Positions 1 through 8,899 of a stretch of DNA of 31,020 nt are shown here, one piece after another. A program made the position numbers and the translations under genes. The notes beneath the pieces were generated by a model. It was given only the letters and a program-made list of their open reading frames with translations. It was not told where the DNA came from and did no database searches. Origin of the DNA: a virus (Duplodnaviria > Caudoviricetes). The number at the start of each line of letters is the position of its first letter. Position 1 is the stretch's first letter. The DNA lies in IMG/VR virus record IMGVR_UViG_3300021376_000236, positions 1-31,020 of that record. One strand, 5' to 3'.

Positions 1-3000
1 TGCATAAGAAATAGTAATACCAGTTCCAGCCTTAACTTCTTGGTTAGAAGCAACTTTCCAATCAAGAACACCAGAACCTGTGGTGTAAAGAACATAACCA
101 GCAGTACCAATACCAGTTGGAAGTGTGAAGTTGAGGTTAGAAGTCAGAGAACCAACCTGAAGTCCAACATAGTTACTTCTGTCTGCCTCATAGATTCTAA
201 CTGCTCCAGTGACTGCAGCATTTCCGACAACATCAAGTGCTGCGATTGCTGCAACAGTGTTAATACCAACATTACCATTTACATCAATAATAAATGGGGT
301 GGTATCTGTAGAAGTATTATCGATACGAACAATATTGCCAGAACCACTTGTAGATCTGATATTGATTGCAGGTTGTGAAGTAGCAGTAATATCAAGTTGA
401 GCAGTTGGAACAGAACTTCCGATACCTACAGAACCATCATTAGTAACGACAAATGGTGTTGGATCTCCACTGGTATCTTCAACATAGAATGCATTACCGG
501 TTCCAGTTTGAGTTACCTTAAAGATTGTATTGCTTGAGGAACCTTCAACTACCAGATTGTTTCCAGCAGAATTGTACAGGAAGATAGGAACACCGTTGAA
601 CTTATTAGAATCATTATACTGAAGTGAGAAATTTGGAAGTCCTGGGAATGAACCACCAATACCAATCAAACCACTGGTATCTACGGTAACTGTTGCAATT
701 CCTGTAGTTTGGTTAAATGCAGTTGTCAGTGTAACACCATAACCAACAAAGTTGATTTGTGTTGCAAGACCAACAAAGTTATTCAGAGGACCACTTGAAA
801 TACCAATCTTTGGAGAAGCATTAAAGTTAACAGTGGTAATACCAGAGGTTACATCATTAACTGCAGTTAAATCAATACCAGTAGTTTGAATGTTGACGAG
901 AGTTGAGAATCCAACATAAGTTCCATTAGAAGAAATACCAACTCCATTTCCACCAATATAACCAAACTCCTTCCACTCATTATCAGTTGTATAAACCCAA
1001 CCAACGAAAGTATTATTTCCTGGAACAGACTTAGTTACGATGTCTCCATAGTTACCTGCAAGAGTTGGCTTATTCTCACTGATTGTAAACTTACGAGAAA
1101 CAATTTGATCACCTTGAACAAATACCGAGTTTGCTTCAATACCTTTATCAGATGTCGAAGTGATCTTATTGTTAAAGATTACGGGACCATCAAACTCGGA
1201 AACAAGATTACCATCAGAACCACCTTCAACTCTCAGTGAACGAGTAATCGATGCTTCCAGTGGAGTCAGAACATCGAAACCAACACTGATGTTTCCAGTA
1301 TCAATCTCTTCACCAGTTATGGAAGGAACAGGTGCATCAAATACTTCTTCTTGACCTGTTGCCGAATTAACTTTCTTGTTTCCAGTATAGAAATCACCAT
1401 CACTGTTCATCGCAGTGAAGATACTTACACCACCATCAATCTTAGTGTTCTGTGCAATCAGTTCCTCTTGTGGAGAAATGATTCTATCCTGTCTCTCTGG
1501 GAGAGCAGTTGAATAGTTACCAGGACCAAAACCAAGATATTCAAATGTATGTCCAGAGGCACGAATAATTGAGTTTCTACGAAGTCCAATAGGAATTACA
1601 TTAACTCTTCTGACAACTGAATTGACTGCATGAGTTTCTCTTGTAGTACCAAAGAGACCACGGAATACAGAAACAGAACTTCCAGTAACATCAGACTTGA
1701 TTCTAAAGATTTCACTATCAATCTGAATATAATCACCGAGTCTAAATCCAAGAGCATCGGCACCAATGATTACTAATGGTGTAGAATCTGCTGCACTTGC
1801 AAGGATTGCAGTATTCAGAGTTGTCGTGATACCAGCATACTCAAATCCAAATCTTCCTGCAAGATTTTCATTATCTACAGTAATATCACCACCACTTGAT
1901 GAAAATCCATATCTGTAGGCAGTAATAGATCCACCAGTTCCAACAACAGTTGTTCCAAGACCTACATTAACTGTGAGAGTTGTAGGAGTAGAAACCTTTT
2001 TAACAATAAAGTCTCCATTAAAGAAGTTAACAGTTGCACCACCAATACGCAGTTTGTTATCAACCTTGAATCCGTGAGGGGTATAGAAAGTAAGAGCAGC
2101 AGTACCAACTGACGAATCATAAACAAATGTTGAGATGCCAAGAGCCCTACCAACGATCTTAGTATTGCTGTAAGTTGTGACAGTTACACCAAGTCCAACT
2201 TGAGTTGGGTTATTGATAGGAACAGATGATTCAACTTCAAATTGTTTTGTGTTGCCAGTTGAAATACCAGTGACTTTATAAAGAGTATTGTATTCGTTGT
2301 TGGATGCAGGAATAATACCATCAAGTTGAATACTATCGTTGATATTATTATTGATATGTGTGACTTGAACAACTGCAGGAACGTGGGCAGTTGTGGTTGC
2401 AACACCAACAACAGACAAAGTATTACCGATACCATAGGCACTACCACCATCCATAATCTTGATGGCAGTCAGAGTTCCTGATGAGTTGAAGGTAATAACT
2501 GCAGTTGCATTAGCACCAGTTGTAGAACCAGCAAATCCAACTAATGATGCGTTATATGCATTTCCTGATGCTCCAGAACCATATCCAGAACCACCAGATA
2601 CGATACTAACTGAAGTGATACCAGCAAGACCATGATCTAATGCTGAGTAGAATGTATGAGCAGTTCCTGCAGCATTAGACCTAATATCAGTAAGACCAAA
2701 ACCAACAGCAAAATCAATCAGGCCTTTACCCAGAGATTCCTTAGTGATACTCTTTTGATTGTCATTAGTAACAACTTGACCGATTGGATCTGGAAGAGCA
2801 AAGGATGCAGATGGTGCAGGATCAGAGTTTGGATTATCTCTATTAGTTTGAGGATAAAGATTCTGAATTGGTTGTGAGAATCTTAAATCAGTGAATGGAG
2901 CAACAGTTGGTGAATTTGATGAGTTGCTAATGATCAAGTGATAAACACCGTCTTGAACACCTGGAATATACTTTTGAATCTCCTGACTTCTATAGATTTG

Positions 3001-5811
3001 ATAAGTTCCGGGGAACTTCTTCTTTTTGAATGCAGGAAGACTTGAAGTTCTTGCAGAAGTATCGTTTGTAAATGTTCCTGGATTTGTTGTCAGAGCATAA
3101 CTAAACTGTTTTGTACTGCTGATTCCAGTAACAGTAAAGGTTCCGTTGAATGCAGAGTTTGCTACACCAGTTGTGTTATTTGTACTCTTAATGTTAATAA
3201 CTTCAACCTGAGATCCAACATTCAGATCGTGAGGAAGTTCAGTGATAACATTTACGGTATTAGAAGACCAAGTTGCATTTGCAATAAATCTTGGATTACG
3301 AAGTTCAGTTGAGTTTGAAAGGGTTGAACTATTTGTGGGATCAAAGTATTTCTGAATCTCAGTTGTTCCTGCTCCGATTACATTACCAGATTCTTCAAGA
3401 ATATATCCATCCAAAGGAGGACGAGCAGACAGTGCTGAGTCCTTAGGAAGAACATAACGGAGACGATAAATTGTATCGATCAAACTTCTTGTATCAGGTC
3501 TTCTTGTAATATAAGTTCTTGGAGTAGCAGCACCAAGGCCAGTTGTTCCAAGACCAACAACAGTAGAGTAAATTGTATTCTCAGAGGAAGCAGTGGAAAC
3601 ATTTACATACCACTGAGAACCATCCCACTGAACTGGGTGACCGATTTCTCCAGGAGTTTTATCCGAAACTCTACTGACAATTGTAAGAATACCACCATTA
3701 CTATTGACAGTGATTGGTTGATCTCTTACAGCATCGTTCAGAGACTGGGCAATCTTGACCTGATTATTAGCAAGAGTCCCATCAGTTTGATTCGTAATGA
3801 CATTATAAACTTGGTTTGAATTCAGTCCATCAGGAGTATGTCCATTCTCACTGAATACTCTAACTGTTTCTCCGGTTAAGAAAGAATGATTTGATGTTAA
3901 AGTGAAGACATTTGATGAAATGCTGTTGATGCCTACACCACTTCTTCCTACAGTAAATGACTTCTGTGATGACAGTTCAGATGATGTGTATTGAGTATTC
4001 GGCATAATGATTCGTGCCGAATACTGAGTTGTTACACCTGCCTGAGAAATCTGAACGTTCAGAGCATCGTTTACTTTTGCACCTAAACGATAACCATCAA
4101 GAACTGTGGTAGGTGCTACATCTTCATTGATTTCATTGTAAAGATAAAGTCTGTTTGTTGAGGCAATACCTACGGTCTTTGTTACATCAACAGCAACAAA
4201 CTCAATACTTGTTTCTGAGGTCTCAATCTGCTTTGGTGGAATGACGTGTGTAATATAACCAATATCATCTCTTGGGAATGCTTCACTTCTAAAACCAGAA
4301 GATACAAGAGACTTTGCACCAAAGTTTGAGTTAGAGTTTGTAATTGAAAGGTCACCACCAGACTCGGATACAAACTGCTGAGCATAACCAATCGCAAAGA
4401 TAGAAACTAACTGAAGGAATGCATTATTTGTTGCCTTAATATGGAAGTTTTCATAAGTTGGTTTAAATCTTGCACGAGAATCACTATGAAGATTCTCAAA
4501 TGATGTCGAATCTTTATAAGTTCCAGAGGTTGAATCATACTTAACGAAAGCATTATCATCTTTCTGAAGTCCAATACCTGTGAACTGAGCAACAACCATG
4601 GACTTGAATCCATTTGCCTTGCTACCATCAGCAAGCAAACCACACATACCATAAACTGAACGCAGAGAACAGTTAAAGATATATGGAGATGCAGATGTGA
4701 CTGTATCGACAGTAATATTCAGAGTTGCTCCTGCTACCGATGGAAGAGCATTTGTCGGAGCATTCTGAACTTGATAAACAATCTCAGTTGTACTATTAAC
4801 TTGAGCAACAACAAACTGACCATCGTATCCAGGAGATCCAACTCCATTAATTTGGATTGGAGTATCAACATTCAGACCATCAAGTGCCGATAAAAGTGTT
4901 ACTGTAATTTGAGTATTTGGTGTTACACCATTACCAGCCTTAATGCTCGAAATCCCAACTTCAGCACCACGAGATCCAACAATACGATATTCATCAACGA
5001 CAGTTTGAATGTCCAGAGTAGATGATGGATAATCTGGTTCAATTGGTCTACCACTCGATTGACCATAAGCAATACTAATTTTTTCATAATACATGTCCAG
5101 ATCAGTTCTATTTGTAGAATAAGTCTGGAAAGTATCTGCAATACTTACATCATTTACACCATCTGCGTACTCAAAAGCAGTAAGTTTATGGTGAGAGAAA
5201 TTGGGAACAAAAGTATTTGTGGTGTAATCCTTATAACAAATACTATTTGGGTCGGCGTCAAGGACACTGAACTGCCAAAGGTAACAACCACCAGTTACAC
5301 GGAAAACAGCAGATCTTTCGATATTACTGTTCTCTGGATTTGGAACATAAGTAGGACGAATCTTAGTCTTACGAAGATCCATACCAACGATAGAAACACC
5401 ACGAGGAATAATAACTCCACCGTGAACCGAGTTTAATTTATAAAGTGCGTTGTCGTTTGTGGTGAGATCAAAGTTTGTCGTTAAATCAAAGGGCACTAAG
5501 TCATTCGTAGTAGCACCACTACGTATTCTGAAGTTATTTGCACCATCAGGAATATAACCTGGACGGTTATCTACAGTATGGTCTCCAGGATACAGAAGAA
5601 TCGTCGTTTTATTAAATCTATCGTTGTCCAATCCTCTCTGATATGAGAATCGTGCTGCCTCAATCAGTGCCCTTTGAATCGTCTTAAAAGGTCTTGTGAG
5701 GCTATTACCTTGATTCTCGATACTATCGGTAGAATCTAAACTGCTTGGATCAACATAGAGAATGGTTCCACGAGTTGATTTCAGAAAATTATCTAATCTG
5801 GAGAGACCCAT
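1..5811 (-). CDS. Giant virion structural / tail-fibre-like protein (3'-truncated by window edge, at least 1937 aa)
   Basis: Not in the ORF track because it has no stop in the window. ATG at 5811 gives MGLSRLDNFLKSTRGTILYVDPSSLDSTDSIENQGNSLTRPFKTIQRALIEAARFSY..., and the same frame reads ...WKVASNQEVKAGTGITISYA at base 1. Frame spot-checked at several points. G/S/T/V-rich beta repeats (HDL/HGF...NG.F.V) are typical of cyanomyovirus structural proteins. Late promoter upstream. Confidence 0.85.
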   Translation of the reverse strand, partial: MGLSRLDNFLKSTRGTILYVDPSSLDSTDSIENQGNSLTRPFKTIQRALIEAARFSYQRGLDNDRFNKTTILLYPGDHTVDNRPGYIPDGANNFRIRSGATTNDLVPFDLTTNFDLTTNDNALYKLNSVHGGVIIPRGVSIVGMDLRKTKIRPTYVPNPENSNIERSAVFRVTGGCYLWQFSVLDADPNSICYKDYTTNTFVPNFSHHKLTAFEYADGVNDVSIADTFQTYSTNRTDLDMYYEKISIAYGQSSGRPIEPDYPSSTLDIQTVVDEYRIVGSRGAEVGISSIKAGNGVTPNTQITVTLLSALDGLNVDTPIQINGVGSPGYDGQFVVAQVNSTTEIVYQVQNAPTNALPSVAGATLNITVDTVTSASPYIFNCSLRSVYGMCGLLADGSKANGFKSMVVAQFTGIGLQKDDNAFVKYDSTSGTYKDSTSFENLHSDSRARFKPTYENFHIKATNNAFLQLVSIFAIGYAQQFVSESGGDLSITNSNSNFGAKSLVSSGFRSEAFPRDDIGYITHVIPPKQIETSETSIEFVAVDVTKTVGIASTNRLYLYNEINEDVAPTTVLDGYRLGAKVNDALNVQISQAGVTTQYSARIIMPNTQYTSSELSSQKSFTVGRSGVGINSISSNVFTLTSNHSFLTGETVRVFSENGHTPDGLNSNQVYNVITNQTDGTLANNQVKIAQSLNDAVRDQPITVNSNGGILTIVSRVSDKTPGEIGHPVQWDGSQWYVNVSTASSENTIYSTVVGLGTTGLGAATPRTYITRRPDTRSLIDTIYRLRYVLPKDSALSARPPLDGYILEESGNVIGAGTTEIQKYFDPTNSSTLSNSTELRNPRFIANATWSSNTVNVITELPHDLNVGSQVEVINIKSTNNTTGVANSAFNGTFTVTGISSTKQFSYALTTNPGTFTNDTSARTSSLPAFKKKKFPGTYQIYRSQEIQKYIPGVQDGVYHLIISNSSNSPTVAPFTDLRFSQPIQNLYPQTNRDNPNSDPAPSASFALPDPIGQVVTNDNQKSITKESLGKGLIDFAVGFGLTDIRSNAAGTAHTFYSALDHGLAGITSVSIVSGGSGYGSGASGNAYNASLVGFAGSTTGANATAVITFNSSGTLTAIKIMDGGSAYGIGNTLSVVGVATTTAHVPAVVQVTHINNNINDSIQLDGIIPASNNEYNTLYKVTGISTGNTKQFEVESSVPINNPTQVGLGVTVTTYSNTKIVGRALGISTFVYDSSVGTAALTFYTPHGFKVDNKLRIGGATVNFFNGDFIVKKVSTPTTLTVNVGLGTTVVGTGGSITAYRYGFSSSGGDITVDNENLAGRFGFEYAGITTTLNTAILASAADSTPLVIIGADALGFRLGDYIQIDSEIFRIKSDVTGSSVSVFRGLFGTTRETHAVNSVVRRVNVIPIGLRRNSIIRASGHTFEYLGFGPGNYSTALPERQDRIISPQEELIAQNTKIDGGVSIFTAMNSDGDFYTGNKKVNSATGQEEVFDAPVPSITGEEIDTGNISVGFDVLTPLEASITRSLRVEGGSDGNLVSEFDGPVIFNNKITSTSDKGIEANSVFVQGDQIVSRKFTISENKPTLAGNYGDIVTKSVPGNNTFVGWVYTTDNEWKEFGYIGGNGVGISSNGTYVGFSTLVNIQTTGIDLTAVNDVTSGITTVNFNASPKIGISSGPLNNFVGLATQINFVGYGVTLTTAFNQTTGIATVTVDTSGLIGIGGSFPGLPNFSLQYNDSNKFNGVPIFLYNSAGNNLVVEGSSSNTIFKVTQTGTGNAFYVEDTSGDPTPFVVTNDGSVGIGSSVPTAQLDITATSQPAINIRSTSGSGNIVRIDNTSTDTTPFIIDVNGNVGINTVAAIAALDVVGNAAVTGAVRIYEADRSNYVGLQVGSLTSNLNFTLPTGIGTAGYVLYTTGSGVLDWKVASNQEVKAGTGITISYA

Positions 5812-5842
5812 CTTATTAATGCTTATAGTTTCCGTTATGGAT

Positions 5843-5850
5843 TATTTATC
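5843..5850 (-). promoter_or_regulatory. T4-type late promoter (GATAAATA)
   Basis: Matches the NATAAATA gp55-type consensus, about 30 nt upstream of the giant structural gene and just downstream of a terminator. Confidence 0.65.
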
Positions 5851-5855
5851 ATATG

Positions 5856-5887
5856 AAAAAAGAGGAGACCCCCTAAGGATCTCCTCT
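5856..5887 (-). terminator. Rho-independent terminator of the mom-like/tRNA cassette
   Basis: Minus strand AGAGGAGA-TCCTTAGGGGG-TCTCCTCT-TTTTT: GC-rich stem followed by a U tract. Confidence 0.8.
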
Positions 5888-5913
5888 CCGCACTTCCTTC
5901 ACACCATGTCATT

Positions 5914-6522
5914 TTACCACTTCTCTTGCTTCCATGTCAAGCGTCTTTTGAGTTCCTCATCGAATACCATAAGATACCGATGTTTACGAGACCTATCCCT
6001 CCACTCACCATCAGCACCGTTAATGCTACCCCTAGAATGTTTGGTTCCGTCTGCATAATAAAAATCCTTTTTGGGTGCAGTTAGACCGTAGTATTGAAAA
6101 TTGCAAGCTCTGTATATAACTCCAGTGTGGTGATTAGAGTCAGCGTAACTAAGAATAGCACGAACTGTGGCATCTTTTCTAAATCTCCTTATACAACGAC
6201 TGACGAACCAAGAGGTAATATTGTATTCTTCTTTTTGAATATCTGGGTGAATACAAAGCCTTGAAAGTTCATAGATGCCTTCTTGTTCATGTCTTTGTAA
6301 TCCAAAAGCACCTACTGATATTTCTGGGACGGGCAAACCAGTAAAGACACAAGTGCCCAAGCAACCACCAACCCGCAGAATATCAGAAACCGAGGATCTG
6401 AAAAGCCCATAGTTGAAACCAGATTTAAAATCTTTTGATTCGTCTTTAAGATAATGATAGGTATAAAGAAGATCTTTGATTTCTTCTTTACCTACCCTAT
6501 CTATGTAAAAATCTGATTTCAT
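5914..6522 (-). CDS. mom: Mom-family (GNAT-fold) DNA adenine modification protein
   Basis: Motifs YHYL, YELSRL, SWFVSRCIR, ILSYAD, HTGVIYRACNFQYYG and C-terminal KHRY resemble phage Mu Mom-like proteins. Confidence 0.7.
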   Translation of the reverse strand: MKSDFYIDRVGKEEIKDLLYTYHYLKDESKDFKSGFNYGLFRSSVSDILRVGGCLGTCVFTGLPVPEISVGAFGLQRHEQEGIYELSRLCIHPDIQKEEYNITSWFVSRCIRRFRKDATVRAILSYADSNHHTGVIYRACNFQYYGLTAPKKDFYYADGTKHSRGSINGADGEWRDRSRKHRYLMVFDEELKRRLTWKQEKW

Positions 6523-6531
6523 TAAGTATTT

Positions 6532-6705
6532 TTACTGACTTTGTTTGCATTCCATCATATATTCTACCGTATTTGCTACATCATCCATAGCATCACGAAG
6601 AAATGGTTGTTGCCCAGATTCTTGTTTGAGAATGGGACGTGAATCGTCAGTAAGAACCCAACGCCACTGTTTCATATCCGTACAATACCAAAGATTAATT
6701 TTCAT
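6532..6705 (-). CDS. Small hypothetical phage protein (57 aa)
   Basis: MKINLWYCTDMKQWRWVLTDDSRPILKQESGQQPFLRDAMDDVANTVEYMMECKQSQ. Start moved from 6816 to ATG 6705 because the upstream part overlaps another ORF. Confidence 0.7.
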   Translation of the reverse strand: MKINLWYCTDMKQWRWVLTDDSRPILKQESGQQPFLRDAMDDVANTVEYMMECKQSQ

Positions 6706-6853
6706 TCTTGAAATGTTCCAGTCTAATCCAGTTGATAAGTGCGTTGACTTCCATTCGGTCTTCTTCCGACCATTCGAGAGCATCTTTAACTCTAGCATAA
6801 CAGGTAAGTGCATCAATTGCGAGTTGTCTATCTCTTTGTGAAATTAGTGACAT
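6695..6853 (-). CDS. Small hypothetical protein (52 aa)
   Basis: Read by hand: MSLISQRDRQLAIDALTCYARVKDALEWSEEDRMEVNALINWIRLEHFKNEN*. Fills the gap between tRNA-Thr and the next ORF. Confidence 0.65.
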   Translation of the reverse strand: MSLISQRDRQLAIDALTCYARVKDALEWSEEDRMEVNALINWIRLEHFKNEN

Positions 6854-6872
6854 TGGAGTTTATATGAACTCA

Positions 6873-6945
6873 AGCCCCCAGACGGAATTGAACCGTCCTC
6901 TCCGCTTTACAAGAGCGGTACATCGCCACTTAATGCTTTAGAGGC
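6873..6945 (-). tRNA. trnT: tRNA-Thr(TGT)
   Basis: GCCTCTA...TGGGGGC-T acceptor, anticodon arm CCGCT-CTTGTAA-AGCGG, T arm GACGG-TTCAATT-CCGTC. No encoded CCA. Confidence 0.9.
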
Positions 6946-6948
6946 AAA

Positions 6949-7218
6949 TTAATCAACAGGTAACATTTCTGGATTTTCCAGTTCAACTTCAAACATAAGA
7001 GGATGACACTCTTCATCAATCAAATAGAAAGATGAATGGTACAAATTCTCAGGTTCAAAGCGTCTTTCGTTATCTGCTAATTTGATTAATTCCAGATCGT
7101 AAATAGATTCATCTGGAAGTTCATCAAAAGTAAACGGAACCTGATTTATGAAATACATCAGAACAATCATAGTTCCCTTGTTGTACCAAACGTATTTGGC
7201 ATCAATACGGTATTTCAT
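6949..7218 (-). CDS. Hypothetical protein (89 aa)
   Basis: ORF track. Tightly packed between the two tRNAs, with a late-promoter-like TCTAAATA just upstream (7239-7246). Confidence 0.75.
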   Translation of the reverse strand: MKYRIDAKYVWYNKGTMIVLMYFINQVPFTFDELPDESIYDLELIKLADNERRFEPENLYHSSFYLIDEECHPLMFEVELENPEMLPVD

Positions 7219-7258
7219 ATGGGTTCCGTACTTTTGGTTATTTAGAGGGTAAACCTCA

Positions 7259-7333
7259 TAGGCGGAGCGGGATTCGAACCCGCACTGTACAAATTTTAAG
7301 TTTGGTGTCTCCTGCCAGTTGGACTACCCGCCC
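7259..7333 (-). tRNA. trnL: tRNA-Leu(TAA), short variable arm
   Basis: GGGCGGG...TCCGCCT-A acceptor, anticodon arm CCAAA-CTTAAAA-TTTGT, variable region ACAGT, T arm GCGGG-TTCGAAT-CCCGC, A73 discriminator. No CCA. Confidence 0.85.
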
Positions 7334-7335
7334 AT

Positions 7336-7359
7336 AAAAAACTCAGAGAAGACTGAGTT
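7336..7359 (-). terminator. Possible weak terminator or processing hairpin just 5' of tRNA-Leu
   Basis: AACTCAG-TCTTCT-CTGAGTT-TTTT overlapping the stop codon of the 7343-7522 ORF. Confidence 0.45.
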
Positions 7360-7522
7360 GATCACTTGATTCTACCACATATGTGGGTAGGTGTAAACGA
7401 CAGTATTCATTAAATGTAATCTTCATCTCTTTATTGGTGAGACCACAGTTTGATGCAGCTTTAGGAACATTCCATTTCGCAGAGAACAGCATTTCCATCG
7501 ATTGTCTTGTTTCTGGTCTCAT
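7343..7522 (-). CDS. Small hypothetical protein (59 aa), possible HTH
   Basis: Read by hand: MRPETRQSMEMLFSAKWNVPKAASNCGLTNKEMKITFNEYCRLHLPTYVVESSDQLSLL*. ATGA overlap with the upstream ORF. Confidence 0.7.
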   Translation of the reverse strand: MRPETRQSMEMLFSAKWNVPKAASNCGLTNKEMKITFNEYCRLHLPTYVVESSDQLSLL

Positions 7523-7701
7523 AGAGGATTTGCGTAAGAGAGTGTGTCCTCATCTACTGTAGCACGAACAAAGTCTAACACATTCATAAATTCATCTACG
7601 GTTTCACAAACCACTTCCTTTTCTGTCCCCTTATTGGAATACAGATATACAGTTCGTTTGATAGGATCAACTACGCAACGTGTCAGGTATTCATCTTGCA
7701 T
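7519..7701 (-). CDS. Hypothetical protein (60 aa)
   Basis: ORF track. First gene after a sigma70-type promoter. Confidence 0.75.
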   Translation of the reverse strand: MQDEYLTRCVVDPIKRTVYLYSNKGTEKEVVCETVDEFMNVLDFVRATVDEDTLSYANPL

Positions 7702-7727
7702 TCGGTTCGTCCGTTGATTACCTGTGT

Positions 7728-7756
7728 ACTATAGGGCATCTGGAGGCAGGTGTCAA
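7728..7756 (-). promoter_or_regulatory. Sigma70-type (early) promoter
   Basis: TTGACA (7756-7751), 17 nt spacer, TATAGT (7733-7728). Confidence 0.75.
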
Positions 7757-8076
7757 GCAAGTGTAATATTAGCAGATCTTAACACCCCATCCGACCCTCT
7801 GACCTTGATTCTTAAGTTTGTATTACTCGTAAGTTCAAAAGAAAGTTGAGAATTTGATGGTGTTGAAGTTGTTCCTAATCCAACTGTTGTTATTCCGGAA
7901 ATACTAATATTGTTAAATGTAGTATTGCCAACCGTTGAAATTCCAGGAACTGATATTCCAGTCAATCCAGATCCATCACCAACGAAATATCCAGATGTAA
8001 TAGTATTAGCAATAGTTAAATTCTCATTTGGATCTGGAGGTAAACTTGTTCCTCCAACAGAAATAAATCCAGCCAT
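7753..8076 (-). CDS. Short fibre-like virion protein
   Basis: FVGDGSGLTG motif and C-terminal LRIKVRGSDGVLRSANITLA are typical of cyanophage fibre fragments. Confidence 0.65.
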   Translation of the reverse strand: MAGFISVGGTSLPPDPNENLTIANTITSGYFVGDGSGLTGISVPGISTVGNTTFNNISISGITTVGLGTTSTPSNSQLSFELTSNTNLRIKVRGSDGVLRSANITLA

Positions 8077-8080
8077 TTAT

Positions 8081-8896
8081 TCACTCCTTTTTGTCGTAAT
8101 GATAACCTGCAATAGATCTCTGAGAATTATCTCCAGGATAATCTTCAATCGATCCTTCATATTCGGGAATAAGTCTTTCTGTATCAATTCTTTCAGCCAT
8201 AATATGATAGAAACAATTAATTGGCATACCTCCACGAGACTGGAGATAAACTTTTTCATCATCCCACCGTTTCACGATGATGTCTTGATGAGCACCTATT
8301 GATGTTAAGTTTACTGTAATGGTATCAATATCAACCAATCCTTTCCAGTATTCTGGGAGAAGAATTTCTGTTGTATTTCTAACTCTACCACGAATATAAA
8401 CAGCTGCCTCTGGACCCTCTACGCAAGTATGAGTAAGTCTCCAACCTTCTTTTGTGGGGTGAGGAATATCAAAGTTCTTTTTTTTATGTAATTTATGAGC
8501 ACCACAATGAGATTCTACAGATCCTTGTGCTTTAATATTCAAACTTGATTTAATTTCTCCACCAGCAAGAATGCTTTCATTCACATCTAAATTATCAAAA
8601 ATTGCAGCATCACCCAAAACTGCTAAAGAATATGGAGAATGATTTACAGGTCTTCCACAATAAAATAATGCACCAGGAATAATTGGTGGAGGAGAATCAC
8701 TATTATCCAATGGACCAATCATCGTAGTTGCCCAGATGTTTGGAAATGCCTGATCCTCTCCTTGCAAGTTTGGACCTTGCTGATATGTAGCACCATGAAT
8801 TGATAATGGACCTCTACCTAAAATTTCTGGTTTAGATGGATCTTTTGTTACATGAAGTTGACCATGAATCAACTCAAAATCACTTGAACTTGACAT
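8081..8896 (-). CDS. Virion protein with C-terminal intramolecular-chaperone-like (S74-like) domain
   Basis: KNFDIPHPTKEGWRLTHTCVEGPEAAVYIRG...LPEYWKGLVD...YHIMAERID after a beta-helix-like segment. Lies in the baseplate operon. Confidence 0.65.
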   Translation of the reverse strand: MSSSSDFELIHGQLHVTKDPSKPEILGRGPLSIHGATYQQGPNLQGEDQAFPNIWATTMIGPLDNSDSPPPIIPGALFYCGRPVNHSPYSLAVLGDAAIFDNLDVNESILAGGEIKSSLNIKAQGSVESHCGAHKLHKKKNFDIPHPTKEGWRLTHTCVEGPEAAVYIRGRVRNTTEILLPEYWKGLVDIDTITVNLTSIGAHQDIIVKRWDDEKVYLQSRGGMPINCFYHIMAERIDTERLIPEYEGSIEDYPGDNSQRSIAGYHYDKKE

Positions 8897-8899
8897 AGA

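Noticed and set aside
40-6058. Many short track ORFs on both strands in the first 6 kb
   Set aside because: They are shadow or off-frame ORFs of the single giant minus-strand gene and of the mom-like gene.
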